Source: the human T2T-CHM13v2.0 reference genome, Homo sapiens. Taken from it: DNA of 64,000 nt. The translations under genes and the position numbers were made by a program. Below the pieces are notes generated by a model that made no database searches, had not been told where the DNA came from, and worked only from the letters and a program-made list of their open reading frames with translations. Each line of letters begins with the position of its first letter. The stretch's first letter is position 1. Below are positions 42,401 through 55,199 of this stretch, in pieces. The stretch lies in NCBI RefSeq assembly GCF_009914755.1, contig NC_060934.1. One strand, 5' to 3'.

Positions 42401-45400
42401 ATCTCTTTCCCTCCCTCTGTCTGGGCTAGTGGTGCGAGTTTTTCCAATCCATCAATGGGACTGTGGTCGAATACATCACTAGAGGGAGATTCCTTTCCTG
42501 GGCTAAACTCTAAAGAATCAGGAGATTTGGTGGGGGAGGTTTCGGTTTCCTCGAGAGGTGGGCATAAACCTACATAACTCTGGTGTTTGGAAACTTTGCT
42601 GATTTCTGAATAGGTAACTTTTTCATCTTCTATAGAATTAAAGTGCTGTGTCTCAACTGTCTCTTTACTCATGCTTGACTGGGACAATTTTTGTGATAGT
42701 TCATGTTTTGGAAATGCCGACTGTTCACAAAAACCATCGGGAATATTAGAAGACAGCATTCTCCTCTCATCAGCAACTCTGACGGGAATGTGTGACACTG
42801 CTGAGCTCTCGCTCCTCCTGGAAGGCTGATCAAGCAATCCGCCTGGATGGTCCCCTTCTTTCACAACATATTCCCTATATAAGACTTTTTTGGAGGGAGA
42901 TTTTACAGTCATTTCTTTAATTTCTGAGAGAGAGCCGTTTGTTAACAATTTGCGTTCTCTCTCAGTCACAGACATAAATTCATTCTTTTGATCAACACTT
43001 TTACTCTCAGGGTGACCAATGTGATTCTCTCTTACATCATGAACAAGTACATGCGAAAGTTTTTCTTTCTGAGACTTATTGTTAGTGGCTCCCGAACTCT
43101 CCCATGTTCTAAAGACCTTTTTGTCCCATGGTCCCCTAGTTGCTAAATCTGAGGTTATATGACATGCCAAGTCTTTAGCCTGCTGCTCAGAAAAAGAGTC
43201 AGGCATTGCTTTACTTGACATTTCAGTTCTCTGTTTTTTCACATTATCAGAGCCAGAATCATTTACAACAATTTCGTTGCTTTGGGCATGCTCATCTTTG
43301 GTTTTTAATACCATAAAATCTTTTTGCACAGATACACTTTCATCTGGGAGGTCTATGGCCTTCTGCTGTTTTTCTCTAGCAAAAACTTGGTAGACGGGTA
43401 GCTTGCTCTCCTGTATTTTTTTAACTGGGATTCTGGACTGGCCATCTGACTTTCTGTCTTCTTGAGACATGTCCTTACTTTTTGCGTGTGTGCCTTGTTC
43501 AAATTTTAATCTAATGGAACTGAGTTTAGATTGTTTGAGCTGGAATCCAGACTGGGGCCCATCTGGTGCTTTGCTCTGTGAAATACTTCCTTTGGCTTCC
43601 ACTGTGGACTTGCTGTCCTCAGTCTGTTGGGAGAGAACCATCTTCTCTGGGCTGCTGGGCAGACTGGGTGCCTTCTCCTCGGCCTTGGGGAAGCCTTGTC
43701 CATCAGGGCCATGCTGTCTTGCCTTAACCCACTCATCATTGGATGCCAGCAGTTCTGTCAGTAGCACTTTCTCAGGGCTGCTACTGGTAGGGCTTTGAGA
43801 AGAATATTCTTTGCCATTTTTAGGGCGTGCCTTTTTCTCTGGGGACTGCAGTTCATCATTTAGCTTTTCAGTTTTGTCACGAAAAAACTGTGACACTTCA
43901 GTCAGTTTTTCTTCAGCCTCCTTCACAGTCTTGTCCACCCTATCTTCATATATCAACTTCTCTCTACCTCTGTCTAATCTGTCCTCAGTAAAGCGCATCC
44001 ACATGGCATGTTTTGGACTACTAACATTGCCAGAATAGTGCAACACTGTCACTTTATCAAAATGCTCATCTTTAGACACTTTACCTACACCATTTTCAGA
44101 AACATCTTTATAGATTTTGGAGAGAATTTCTTTTTTGGGGGCAGTGGCTATTTTTTCTCTGGACCGCTTATCAGACCCCTGTAACTCTGAGCTAGGGGGT
44201 CCTGCATGGTCTGTAACCGATTCCTCAGTATCAGAATGAGACACATCTAGCTTTTCTGACAGAAGCATTTTCTCAGCAAACCTGTAAGACTCCCCTCTTA
44301 GTTCTGACAACTCATCGTCATGGTATTCTATTGAGTGTTGACTCAAAAGCTTCAATGTTTTATAAGAGTCATCAGATATGAGTTGAGCAGAACTAGGGCG
44401 GCTATCTTCTTCTTGGGACACAGGAGTGTTTACTCTGGAAGACTCCAGATAAGAAGGCAATGACTCTTCAGCAGTAAGTTCTTCTTCTTCTTGCTGACCC
44501 TGTTCCTCTGAACAAGGAAAAGCATCGTGTTTTTCTGGCAGAAAATCTTTTAGGTTAATATCTCCCCGGGATAAGTCTTTCTGATATACATACATTTCTT
44601 TTTCTGGATGCTTTTTGGTTTCTCTAATAATGACTTCAGTGGGCTCAGCTTGGTTACCTTTTTCGATGTGGACTTCTATTATACGCTCCAGTTTGGGTTT
44701 CATTTGGTTGTCCTTCTCTGCATGCTGGGCTGAGGTTTCAGCAGCAGACTTGTGAACATCTGGAGACACTGCCGACTTATGTTCAAACAGACCTGCCAGT
44801 TCTTTGGAAGGATCCCGCCCGGACTGAAAGGCCTTCATGATGTCATGGACTGACATGGTTTCTTCAATTCTTTCAGATGCACCTTCACCGCCTGGTGGAG
44901 AATGATAAACCATTCTGGTGGTTGTGGTTATGTGAGTCTCTTCTTTAACACGCATGCCTTTGCTTAAAACCCGATTGTGGTCATCTTCTTCACTACTGGC
45001 TTTCATTTGAAATGCTTTAACCTTTTCTTTAATACTAGAGGTGGTGGGCTTTGGTTCCAATTCCATAAAAGTAGGTGAAGGTTTAGGTGACACAGGCTCC
45101 TCTGGTTGGGTCTGGGGAACATCCCCAGCTGAGGGATCATAGCTCCTGATAACATGAACCACTTCAGTTCTTGTTTCTGTAATGACAGGAGGGATGGGAA
45201 CTTCATGAAAAAGTGGTTTAGGACCAGTGCTTTCAGCGCTTTGTGGGGCTGAAGGTGTCTTTTCACTTCTTGTTTCAAAGCCACTGTCAGACAAGGGACT
45301 TTTATCTTGGTCGTGTTGAGAAAAGTCATCAGGAGACTCTAAAATAGTATCTGTTCCAAAAAAGGAATCAGCCATTTTACACAATTCTTTCTCAGAGGTG

Positions 45401-47234
45401 GAAGTCCTCATGGAGGCTGGAGGCATTTTGAGTTTGTGTTCCTGCAAAGCAATTGCTGGTTTTAAAACTCTTTTCTGTCTCTCCTCACCATCCTTCTTTG
45501 CATCCTCAAACTTGTATTTTAAGTTTGTCAGTGAACTACTCCCAATATCATTTGTTAGGTAATCAATAACTTTGGTCAAGTTATAATCCTTTTCGGAGGC
45601 GGCTTTTGCTTTTACTTGCACTCTCTCTGGCAGAGATGGAGACTGGCTCGCAGCAGCTTGTTGTCTGGCTTCCCGGATTTCTTCCGAACTAAATTCTATC
45701 CAGTCATCTTCAGGAGAGTGTCCTTTGTCACTCTTTGGTGATTTGGGTGATCCTTTATTATCTACACATACATCCTTTTTAAGGATTTCACTAACTTTCA
45801 CTAAGTCTTCCTTTACTTTCTCTACAATTTTGAAAGGTTCTTCATCATCTATTCTCCCTTCCTTTGGGAGTTCAGGTTGGAATGGCTTCTCCTCAGGCAC
45901 ATCTGTCTGTAGTATTGCGGTCATCCGCATTAGGTCCTCTTTCATTTCAGCTACATCTTTTAGTATCTCCTGACTGGAAGATAAAGAAGATGGTGTAGAC
46001 AACTTAAGGGCAGAGGGTGCAAGGAACAAAGATGACTTAACTGGAGATGAAGTTCGACTGAAGTGAGGCTGAGGATGTGTCTCCGTAGTCAATGTTTTAA
46101 TGGGTGACAGCAAGGCTGCTGCTGATTTTGTAAATGAATTAGAGTCTGGAAGTTTCTTTAATGCTGGTTCTGGCAAAACATTGACTACAGAGTATACTGG
46201 CACTGTTATAATTGATGAAGTTACAGATGAGGTAGTTGCAGATATTGACGACCCAAGGGATGTATAGAGTGCACTTGCGGAAGGAGTTCTTAGAGACTGA
46301 AAAGCTGATGGTGCTGCAGAAACATATGACCTGAGTGGGGAAAATGGCATTGCAGTCGTGGTAGAAAACACTTTCTCAACTGTGTCAGTGGCTGCACTGA
46401 CCACAGAGCTCACAGAGTTTGTAGCAGAAGAAATTTTTTCCTGTAACGTGGCAGTGGCTTTGCATCCATTAATTAAAGTTGAGGATGATGGATATTTTAG
46501 AGGGGAAATAGATCCATTGACTAATGCTACCTCTGCATGTCCAGGCATCTGCTTCACAGGTGATGAGAGAGAAGATGCCATTGTAATTTTGGCTGATGAA
46601 ATGACATCAACTGCTGATTTAACTGGAGACACCACTGACTTTAAAGGTGAAGATATTAGCGGTGCTGCTGATGTAATAATTGACTTAAATGGCAAACTTG
46701 AGGAATACATATTAATGTTTGATTTGGGGGAGGCAGGGGGTGTCATAGTAATTGATGACCTCTCCAAAAGAGACCCTGCTGTAGTCACTGGAGAGGTTCG
46801 AGAGGAAAACGTAGAATTGGATGCCAGCCCTTTTAAGGGCGTAGCTTCCGTGACTGCTGGAGCTCTAGCCAGGGTACCAGAGGAAACTTGGATATTGTAT
46901 GGAGATTGTGACACCACAGTTTTTATCGGCGAAGACATTGTCCGAAAGGATCTAATTGGAGATGCCACGTCACTAATGGATTTAACTGAAGATGTAGTTG
47001 ACGCGCCTAATGTGGATTTGATTGGAGAAGGTGTCGAAACAGACCATATTGATTTTAACGGAGAAGCTGATGGCGTATTAGAGGAAGAACTTGATAAGGA
47101 AGTGAAGCCTGACTTGGCTGGCCCAGGCACTGTAATCGGAGCTGTTGTCCAGGACTGGTATGGTCTTGTAGAAAAGAATGGCTTGTATGAGTAAGTGGTG
47201 GGGAGGGATCTTGTTGCTCCTGTACTCCGTTCAA
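39423..47234 (-). CDS. ANK3: ANK3 giant exon 37 (7812 nt, 2604 codons): serine-rich domain and tail of 480/270-kDa ankyrin-G
   Basis: 2589-aa ORF; acceptor aaacag|TTGAAC, donor CTG|gtgaga; phase 1/1; contains EDDWIEFSSEEI and SxIP/SKLP motifs. Confidence 0.98.
39733..39793 (-). repeat. Coding (ACC/ACT)n trinucleotide repeat, poly-Thr
   Basis: Encodes TTTTTTATTTTTTTTTTTT. Confidence 0.95.
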
Positions 47235-49958
47235 CTGTTTCTTAAATTTTAAAATGAAATCAAACACAAAAATCAACAAAAATGGTTGAGAAACAGAGAG
47301 ACCAGAGAAAAAAATTGGTCAGTAAACTTTGAAATATTACAAAAGCAAGTACAATTGTTTGCATGATTTAGAATGGAAGAGGCAAAAGGAACAATTAAGA
47401 GGAAAAACAAATTTCTACAGACATAACTAATCTGAAGTTAAAAAAAAACAACTAAATAAAAAACAGAGTAATGTGAAATGAAAGAAAAAGCACATTGCAA
47501 CCAAAGAGGCAAACAATGAAAAATAGAAAACATGAGGAAAGAATTAATGATGAGAAAAATAACCATAATGGAAAACTGTTCCCTACTTCCTATTGACTTT
47601 CTTATGTGTTGGTTTTGAAATATCAGTAGCCATTCTATTTTGCCTGTATAGGTACATGTTTGTTTCGTGCAACCATACAACTTTCATTTTAGTAATTTCT
47701 AATGTCCTCTCTCTCCTTTAGCCTTTCCATGATACAGATTGCACCTACTTAGAACCATTTCAATATATGTAGCTATACATTAAATATCTAAAACTTTTTT
47801 CCAAAACCACTCAAGCCTATTTCATGCAGAATCCAAAATAACTTTTAAGTGACAGGCAACTGATGTGCAAACTGTGAAGCCACTGGATTTTAAATCTGTA
47901 TCTCCCATGCACAGTTCGGTTATGCTTTACACCCATAAAAAGCCAATAAGAGCAAGAAGTTTTCTGAGTCAGAATTTTAAACAAAAAAAACAAAGAAAAG
48001 GAATGTTTGCATTTATCTTTTCCATGCAGTATATTCCTTTTGATGAGAGGAAAAGAAAACATAATATGAAATGACTTTAAAATGCATGTGTACATATACA
48101 CACACAAAGAAAAAAACAGAAAATATGGTTCATGGTTACCATAAGCAAGCAAAGCAACTGAAAACATTTTATCATGCACAATATATCATGGCAAACAAGC
48201 CAATGAAGTAATACAATTCGTATGCCATATTATGCACAATATATAAACTTTAAAGATACTTTCACAAGGGCATTTAGAAAGAAGAGTACACTTTTTCCAT
48301 GAGATATGAAGTCTTGGTACCTTTTGAGATTTTAGGAAAATATTTTCTACTGCAAGTTATAAAATCACCTGCAACTACATACGTCCATGTCTGCAACTCT
48401 TCAATATGGATAAAAGCATATAGTTTATCTCAGATATTTTTTCATAACCTAATCTACATTTAATTTTCAAAAGCTATCATGGGGGACATCTAAAAACTAC
48501 ATTCATATTTTTAACACCCCATATTTAAGTACCTACAGTAGGATATGTGGGGTGTGTGTATATATGTTTATCAATTTCAAAGGTACCAATTCTGGTGCCT
48601 TCCCATAATATTCATGGGACTTATGGATATCACAAACACTGAAGCAGTCACGAGGGAGACCTACCACTAGGAAGAATGGATATAGTAATACCAGCATTTC
48701 TTCTGGCAATGGAGCAAGAAACACACAAATGAAGTAAGCACACTTGCTGGGGAGCACAAACACATACTTGGTCCTCTCTGCTTCTACAACTCAAACAAAC
48801 CAAACTGGTCAGAGATTTGCAAGGCCTGCCAACGGCTAATGTTCTACATCAAAGGTGAATACAGTTTTGCTCCAAGAAAGCCCTGGTTCAGAATAGTGAA
48901 ACTCAAAGAGAAAATGAGAATCTGCTTCAGCTTTTATGTTCTTCTTCATGCTGTGCCCGTGCCATTGCTACAGTCCAGTCTTTGGATTAGCAGCTACTCT
49001 CACAAGGGTGAAGATGGTCATTTCTAGTGTACATTTAAATTCAAACATTCCAAACATATCCTTTCCTAGGCTTACATATTATTCTAAAGAAAGTGGAAGA
49101 ACTAAGGAAAAACTCGCCTATTCATTACCCCTTCTTGCCATAATTCTCAATATTATATTGCTGAACTCTTTTGGAAATGCCACGCTGCAAATGGAAGGTT
49201 TGCAGATTCCTTCAAATTCAATGATTTGAGCTTAGTCTGTGTCTCACAAGCATTTATTTTTGTAACTATCAGACACTGACAAAGCATCTATCCTTTACCA
49301 CTGAAGGCTGGCTCTATCAGGCAAAGAAATCTTTTGAACCACGTCTATGGTTTTATACTTCGCAAGGAACAACCAACCTACCAATCAGTTACACATTTTA
49401 TGCTTTAATGACATATATTTTGGGATCCCTTTATAAGAGGGAATTTCTGGATGTCAGGCACCGAACTAATCCAGAATCTTTTTCCTGGGGGGAAGGGGTT
49501 GGAAAGGCAGCGTGGTGAAGGAAAAGTGGCATTCACTTGGAGTTCCCATAACACCAGTTTTGAGACTTACTTTTCTTTTAGTCACTTCCTATTCCTATTC
49601 ATTCCCTTGTTTACCACCCTTATGTACCCTTTCATAAAACAGAAAACTTCGCTCCTCTTCTACCAAAAGTCCAGGAACACAAGCTGCATACACCTTAGCT
49701 GGATCTAACCAGTAACACTATTATAAGTGGGAAACATTCAATTGACTTTGCCTTAGCAACCAGAATCAGATGGAAACTCACCTGCCTGAAGGGGCCTCCG
49801 ACCTAAAGCGGCTGGTCCATTGAGCCTGTCCAAAGCTTAACGATGTTGCCTACAGGGTCTCAACCAACTACCCACTGAGGATCTCTAGGGCAAAATAGTA
49901 TTCCAAAGAAAACTTCCCCAGTGTATTTAATTCTACTGGAAACCACCTAGCTACCTAG

Positions 49959-49960
<2 letters not shown>

Positions 49961-49998
<38 letters not shown>
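49961..49998. repeat. (CA)n microsatellite
   Basis: About 19 AC units. Confidence 0.95.
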
Positions 49999-50000
<2 letters not shown>

Positions 50001-51308
50001 CTCTTCTGCTCTGTAGCATAATATGAGTTAATTTCAGCCCTTATGTTTCTGGGAGGATTTCGACATTTCTGCTAGAGGAGAACAGAGATCTGAGGAAACA
50101 TTCTTGAATGTGGTAGGTTTCTTTCATTTCTCTTATATTCTCCATTTTGTATTTAAATATTGAAACTTCTCTAATAGTCAAGGAGCTAGGCTCCAGAAGA
50201 TGACGCTAAGACCATCTCAACTAAGTGGTGCAGTAGTGTCCTGCCGCAGATCTTATATGCTATGCTGTTGGCCCATAAAAACAAGACTTCAGAAAAGGTG
50301 GGAAAAGCCAAAGATGTGACTCTTACTGGCAAATTTCCAGACCTCCTTGAACTTAAGAAACTGTGTCAGTGGGAAACAGCTAGGAATGATTCACTAATTA
50401 AAAAATAATTTTTGTATAATTTCCCCTCATTTAAAATGAGGAGAATGGTTAAAGTGGCACCAATATGTCAGTCAAATACAATGCTGAGCTCAATACCCTT
50501 AGTTCCTGCTGGTGGAGGGGGTTATCTTGAGGGCTGTAGAGATCACCAGAGGTGATGATTACAAGGATGATGGAAGGAAAGGGAGGAGGAGGCAGACAGA
50601 AAGAGAGAGAGAGAGGGAGAATATATAAACAGATAGGACTGAATGAATCTGTATCTTAATAAGTGCATGCCAGCTAACAATGAACCAAAACGATCATTGA
50701 GAAAAGAAAAGGGTCTAACTGGTCTAGTGAAGACCAGCCTTAGAACTGATATTTTAATAAAGGACAGGAGGAGAGGAAGTGAGAGGGAGGGAGGGAGGAA
50801 AGAAGAACTCTGTAAACAAGTGCTACCTCAAGAAGGTAAGGAAACGTGATTCTTGCAAAGTGGGAAGAAAAAGAATCGGGACTAGGATATGACAACCTAT
50901 CTATACTGAGAAAAATGAGATGACAAAGTAACTTTATCATTTTTCTACCATTCCAAATATTTGAGTAATTTTTTTCATCTGAGCGTAGATCTAAAGCAAC
51001 ATTCATATTTATCTCCTAGCATAGTTAATCAAAGTAAAAATCAAGGTTTTAAAAGAAAAGTAATACATGTTTCTAATTTAAAAATAGTTAATGGCTTTAA
51101 AAACTGTTTTGAAGTATGAGCTAGGGGCGTTTTTACCTCACATCTTCAACTAGGCACAAAATATTACTTAGGTTGTATGACAGGGTTTTCCTGCAGGCAA
51201 TTTTTCTTTTGCCATTGAGTTTCCAAATGATAAAATTTGGTTTGTATAGAAAAAATGTCTCTTCTTATGAAAATCCACGTAGATTAGTAAATGTGTTAGG
51301 AAACTCAC

Positions 51309-51390
51309 TCATTCCAGGCTCAGTCAAGTAGCTGTAGCGCTTACGTAAAGCTAAGGATGCGAAGCTCTGTCGTCTATCTGTTTTCTCAAT
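51309..51390 (-). CDS. ANK3: ANK3 exon 36 (IEKTDRRQSFASLALRKRYSYLTEPGM)
   Basis: ttttcag|ATT and TGA|gtgagt; 82 nt, phase 0/1. Confidence 0.95.
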
Positions 51391-51877
51391 CTGAAAAGGA
51401 AAAAAAAAAAGACAACTCTATTTCCAACTTCCCTGTGACATCTTCAGTTTTAAGACATTTTGTAGGATGGCATGTTGATAACTTGTTTATTTTCCTTCTT
51501 AGGAAATGTTAATTTCCCACTGGGATTTTGTAACCCCACCCCCCATGTCTTAACCAAAATCATCATTTGGCAAATTTAAGAGCACCAACACAGCAGACTA
51601 CAGGGAAGTACAAGTAAAAGACAAGCATTACAGAGACTTCTGATGCTGAGCATTAAATTTTCCTGGAACTGTTCATATTGAAAGCACATATATCACAAAG
51701 TACACTCACTCTATGTGAGTACATTCAAGGGAGAAAGGCACACAAAGTTTATTATTCCAATTACTGCTGGGGATTCTGTATGTTAACAGGCATAAAGTGT
51801 AGATGAGGAGATTGAAAACAGATGAATGGTTTTGTTAGAAGTACTTTTTTTTTGGTGGGGCGGGCAGAGGAGGGTAG

Positions 51878-52167
51878 GGACGGAGTCTTGCTCTTGTAGC
51901 CCAGGCTGGAGTACAGTGGTGAGATCCCGCCTCACTGCAACCTCTGCCTCCTGGGATCAAGCAATTCTGCCTCAGCCTCCTGAGTAGATGGGATTACAGG
52001 CATGCAGCACCACGTCCAGCTAATTTTTGTATTTTTAGTAGAGACAGGGTTTTGCCATGTTGGCTAGGCTGGTGTCGAACTCCTGACCTCAGGTGATTCC
52101 CCCACCCCATCCCCGCCTCGGCCTCCCAAAGTGCTAGGATTACAGGCGTGAGCCACCACGCCTGGCC
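51878..52167 (-). mobile_element. Alu
   Basis: Consensus with a C-rich insertion at ~52097-52116. Confidence 0.9.
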
Positions 52168-52512
52168 AGAGGTACTATTACTGCATCCTAAGGCTACTTG
52201 ATTCTATTTATTACTATTGATGTGTGGGATTCAAAAACCTAATTATCATATAACTTAGAGAAACATTAGGAGACAACTTAATTGAACTATATTCTTAAAA
52301 AAATGGTCAAGATAAATTTCTTTAGTGAGAGTATCAAAGATTTATCAATAGCTAGTAAGCAAATATTTTGTATCACATACAACATAAGTTTATTTGTACA
52401 ATAAAATTGCACATATTAAACGTGATCTTGATTTAAATGTTATAACATGCTGGATAGTAGGATATAGTTGATAGTAAAATAGGCACATGAAACTTTCACA
52501 AAATGTCTATTT

Positions 52513-52629
52513 GGCGGGTTCGAAGGTAGTGCGTTATCTCAGTTGACTGTTCTCGTCAGTCATAGATAGAACTTCCTGGTCCTACTCTTTCCCCCTTTCT
52601 CACTATTGCACTTGACTTGTCTAAAAAAA
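52513..52629 (+). pseudogene. Y1 RNA (RNY1-like) retropseudogene
   Basis: ggcgggttcgaaggtagtgcgttatctcagttgactgttc...ctactctttccccc tttctcactattgcacttgacttgtct matches the full-length hY1 sequence; short A tail; degenerate TSD (aatgtctattt / aacgtttattt). Confidence 0.9.
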
Positions 52630-52920
52630 TTTTTAACGTTTATTTATACATGCCAATCTACCATATTTAAAAATGTTTAAAGACCTTCAGTTTCTGAATC
52701 ATCAGCTGAATTATAATTTCGTTGAATATATTTAAGTACTCTTAAGTACGTGTGGAAGAAGAGTGAACCATTTAAGAAAAATATATACCCTTTTACCTAC
52801 TTAAGACCTGAAAAATATAATTTATATGTTTCCCACACTTTAGCCCTCTGCAACTTCTGTCATACAGATTCAATTTCTATTCTACTTCTGATAGAATAAA
52901 AGCAGAAGTGTTTATATTAC

Positions 52921-52947
52921 CTCATCATCTTGATCTGACTCTGTCTC
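52921..52947 (-). CDS. ANK3: ANK3 27-nt microexon (exon 35): ETESDQDDE
   Basis: ccaaaag|GAG...GAG|gtaata; phase 0/0. Confidence 0.88.
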
Positions 52948-53385
52948 CTTTTGGTTCCAAGATGCATTGCAGAGACAAGGAATATTATAATGGACAGCAG
53001 GGAAAAGAATATCAGGATATGAAAAGGACTGAGTAGGGAGCACAAATGCAAGCTGATTTAGAAAGCAAAGCAAATTTTAAAAAAAGCCAACAAAAAATAT
53101 CAAGAACTGTACATCCATGGCAAATTAACATATGACGTTATTTAAAAGCATAAAAATCTATGCGCTACCAGCAGAAGCAAAAGCGATAAACAGAGAAGAC
53201 TCCATCATACAAACTATAAGAATTTGACACCACATTAACAAGACTTAGGCAATCTACACGAGGAGACTAATACAACTTCAGTTTCAAGAGCTTTATTCAT
53301 GTTACAAAGCATTCCTTAATTGCATACCAAAGGCCCACTTCTTCAAGACCAGGGAAAGACAATTTAAAGCAGTATTAAAAGATAC

Positions 53386-53508
53386 CTTTTTATGTGCTGG
53401 CAGAGTGATATTTAAGTTGCAAACCGCTGTTTGAGGCAGTCCTTTTGTTGTCTTTGGTTCTTTCAGAAAAGACAGACGACCACAGGGCTCTTGGCTGGTG
53501 TCTCTAAT
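53386..53508 (-). CDS. ANK3: ANK3 exon 34, UPA domain ([14 protein letters not shown]...LPAHKK)
   Basis: ttctag|ATT and AAG|gtatct; 123 nt, phase 0/0. Confidence 0.95.
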
Positions 53509-54262
53509 CTAGAAGAATTTTGGTAGTTGATGGTTATAGAATGAGACTTATCTGAGGATTTTTAACTGTATAAGAGTTAAGCATGGTTGTTTTATCAAGC
53601 CCTATGAGAGGCAGGAAAGGTAAAGGGAAAAGATGATGATTACGATTATGCAGCAACCAGGGTGGTCACATCTGAACTCAGCAAGAGTTAGATGCCCGAT
53701 TCCTAAACGCAGGATTGTTGTGTCTGATGATCTAATCCTGACAATTCATAGTACAGTCTGAGTTATGTGCATTTTCCTTCTAACAGTTTTTTTTTCTGAA
53801 AGCTCCAGCTTTTGCAACAGTAACAGCAAATAATAATGACAAAACAATTTTCCTCTCTCCTTCTGTTCTTGGAGAGAGAAGGTGATCCCTCTAGAACGTC
53901 CCTGGGCTCCACCAGAAATGAAAATGAAACTTGAATACTGTATTTGCATTTCATCCATTATTTGATTACTGAACATTAACCAGAAATAACACATTGTATT
54001 ACTCTAAATTGTTTGGTTTTACAAATGTTTGCTTAAACATAAATGTTATTAAACTCTTTGAAAAATAATGATCCTTTTTACCAATTGTAAAGCTTTACTG
54101 GCTTGAAAGTATACTCTGGTAGAACCAGAACAAAATCTGACCTTATGAGTTCAGATTTGACGGGGTATTTCAAATTAAATAAATCATTAAAACCTTTTAT
54201 TTTTATTCTCTAAGAGTATTTTTTCCCCATAATTCACAGATTCTCTGTTAAAGATGATTTAC

Positions 54263-54388
54263 CTTGATGGAAAATGGCAGTCTATTTTCTTTGAAAGAAT
54301 AAAAGTTAAAAACAAGTTGCTGTCCTCCTTTGGTAAGTGGGGCCAAATTTCCATAACAATCAACATAAATAGGTTTTCCTTCCAGAAC
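54263..54388 (-). CDS. ANK3: ANK3 exon 33, UPA domain ([15 protein letters not shown]...[11 protein letters not shown])
   Basis: ctctaaaag|GTT and AAG|gtaaat; 126 nt, phase 0/0. Confidence 0.95.
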
Positions 54389-54898
54389 CTTTTAGAGTAA
54401 AAGAAATAAACAATTTAATGTTAATCTGAGTTTAAAATATTTTGAGATTTTATGTCACGTAACGTTAAAAGACTGACGTTACTATGTTACACGTGTCTCT
54501 ATTAGGCAGTTACTTCTGTGGTGCTATTTGCAACAAAAATAATGTTGTGTGCTTACAACTCACCAACTGTAATTGGAATACATATCATGGACATATACAG
54601 AACAGAATTACACATTTATTTTTATTCTGGCAACTTTAAAAATATTTAAGAATGTGCCTGACATCAATCACTTATTCGTATAGATTTTGAAAGCTTTTTT
54701 TTTTTTTTTGCACTGTTAGATACTTACATGCTCACTGGGTTTGAAAAAGGAAAATCATAGTAATGTGTATAAACAGTGATTCTGAAAAGTAGGTAACTCA
54801 AGTGGCCACAGGAAAATGGAGACCATAACTTAAATTCATTAGTGCTATGTTTTAACCAGCTAAGACAGCCCCAGAGACACTTAAAATAATTTGAGTAT

Positions 54899-55199
<301 letters not shown>

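Noticed and set aside
43930-43932. Lys codon in DRVDKTVK, possibly Arg in the reference
   Set aside because: Based on memory only; cannot be verified without an alignment.
39361-47130. Treating the 2589-aa ORF as a standalone gene
   Set aside because: It starts at a GTG inside a spliced exon and reads past the donor at 39423; it is ANK3 exon 37.
46358-47194. 278-aa plus-strand ORF and other antisense ORFs over the giant exon
   Set aside because: Codon-register shadows of the Ser/Thr/Pro-rich ANK3 frame; no independent start context or splice support.
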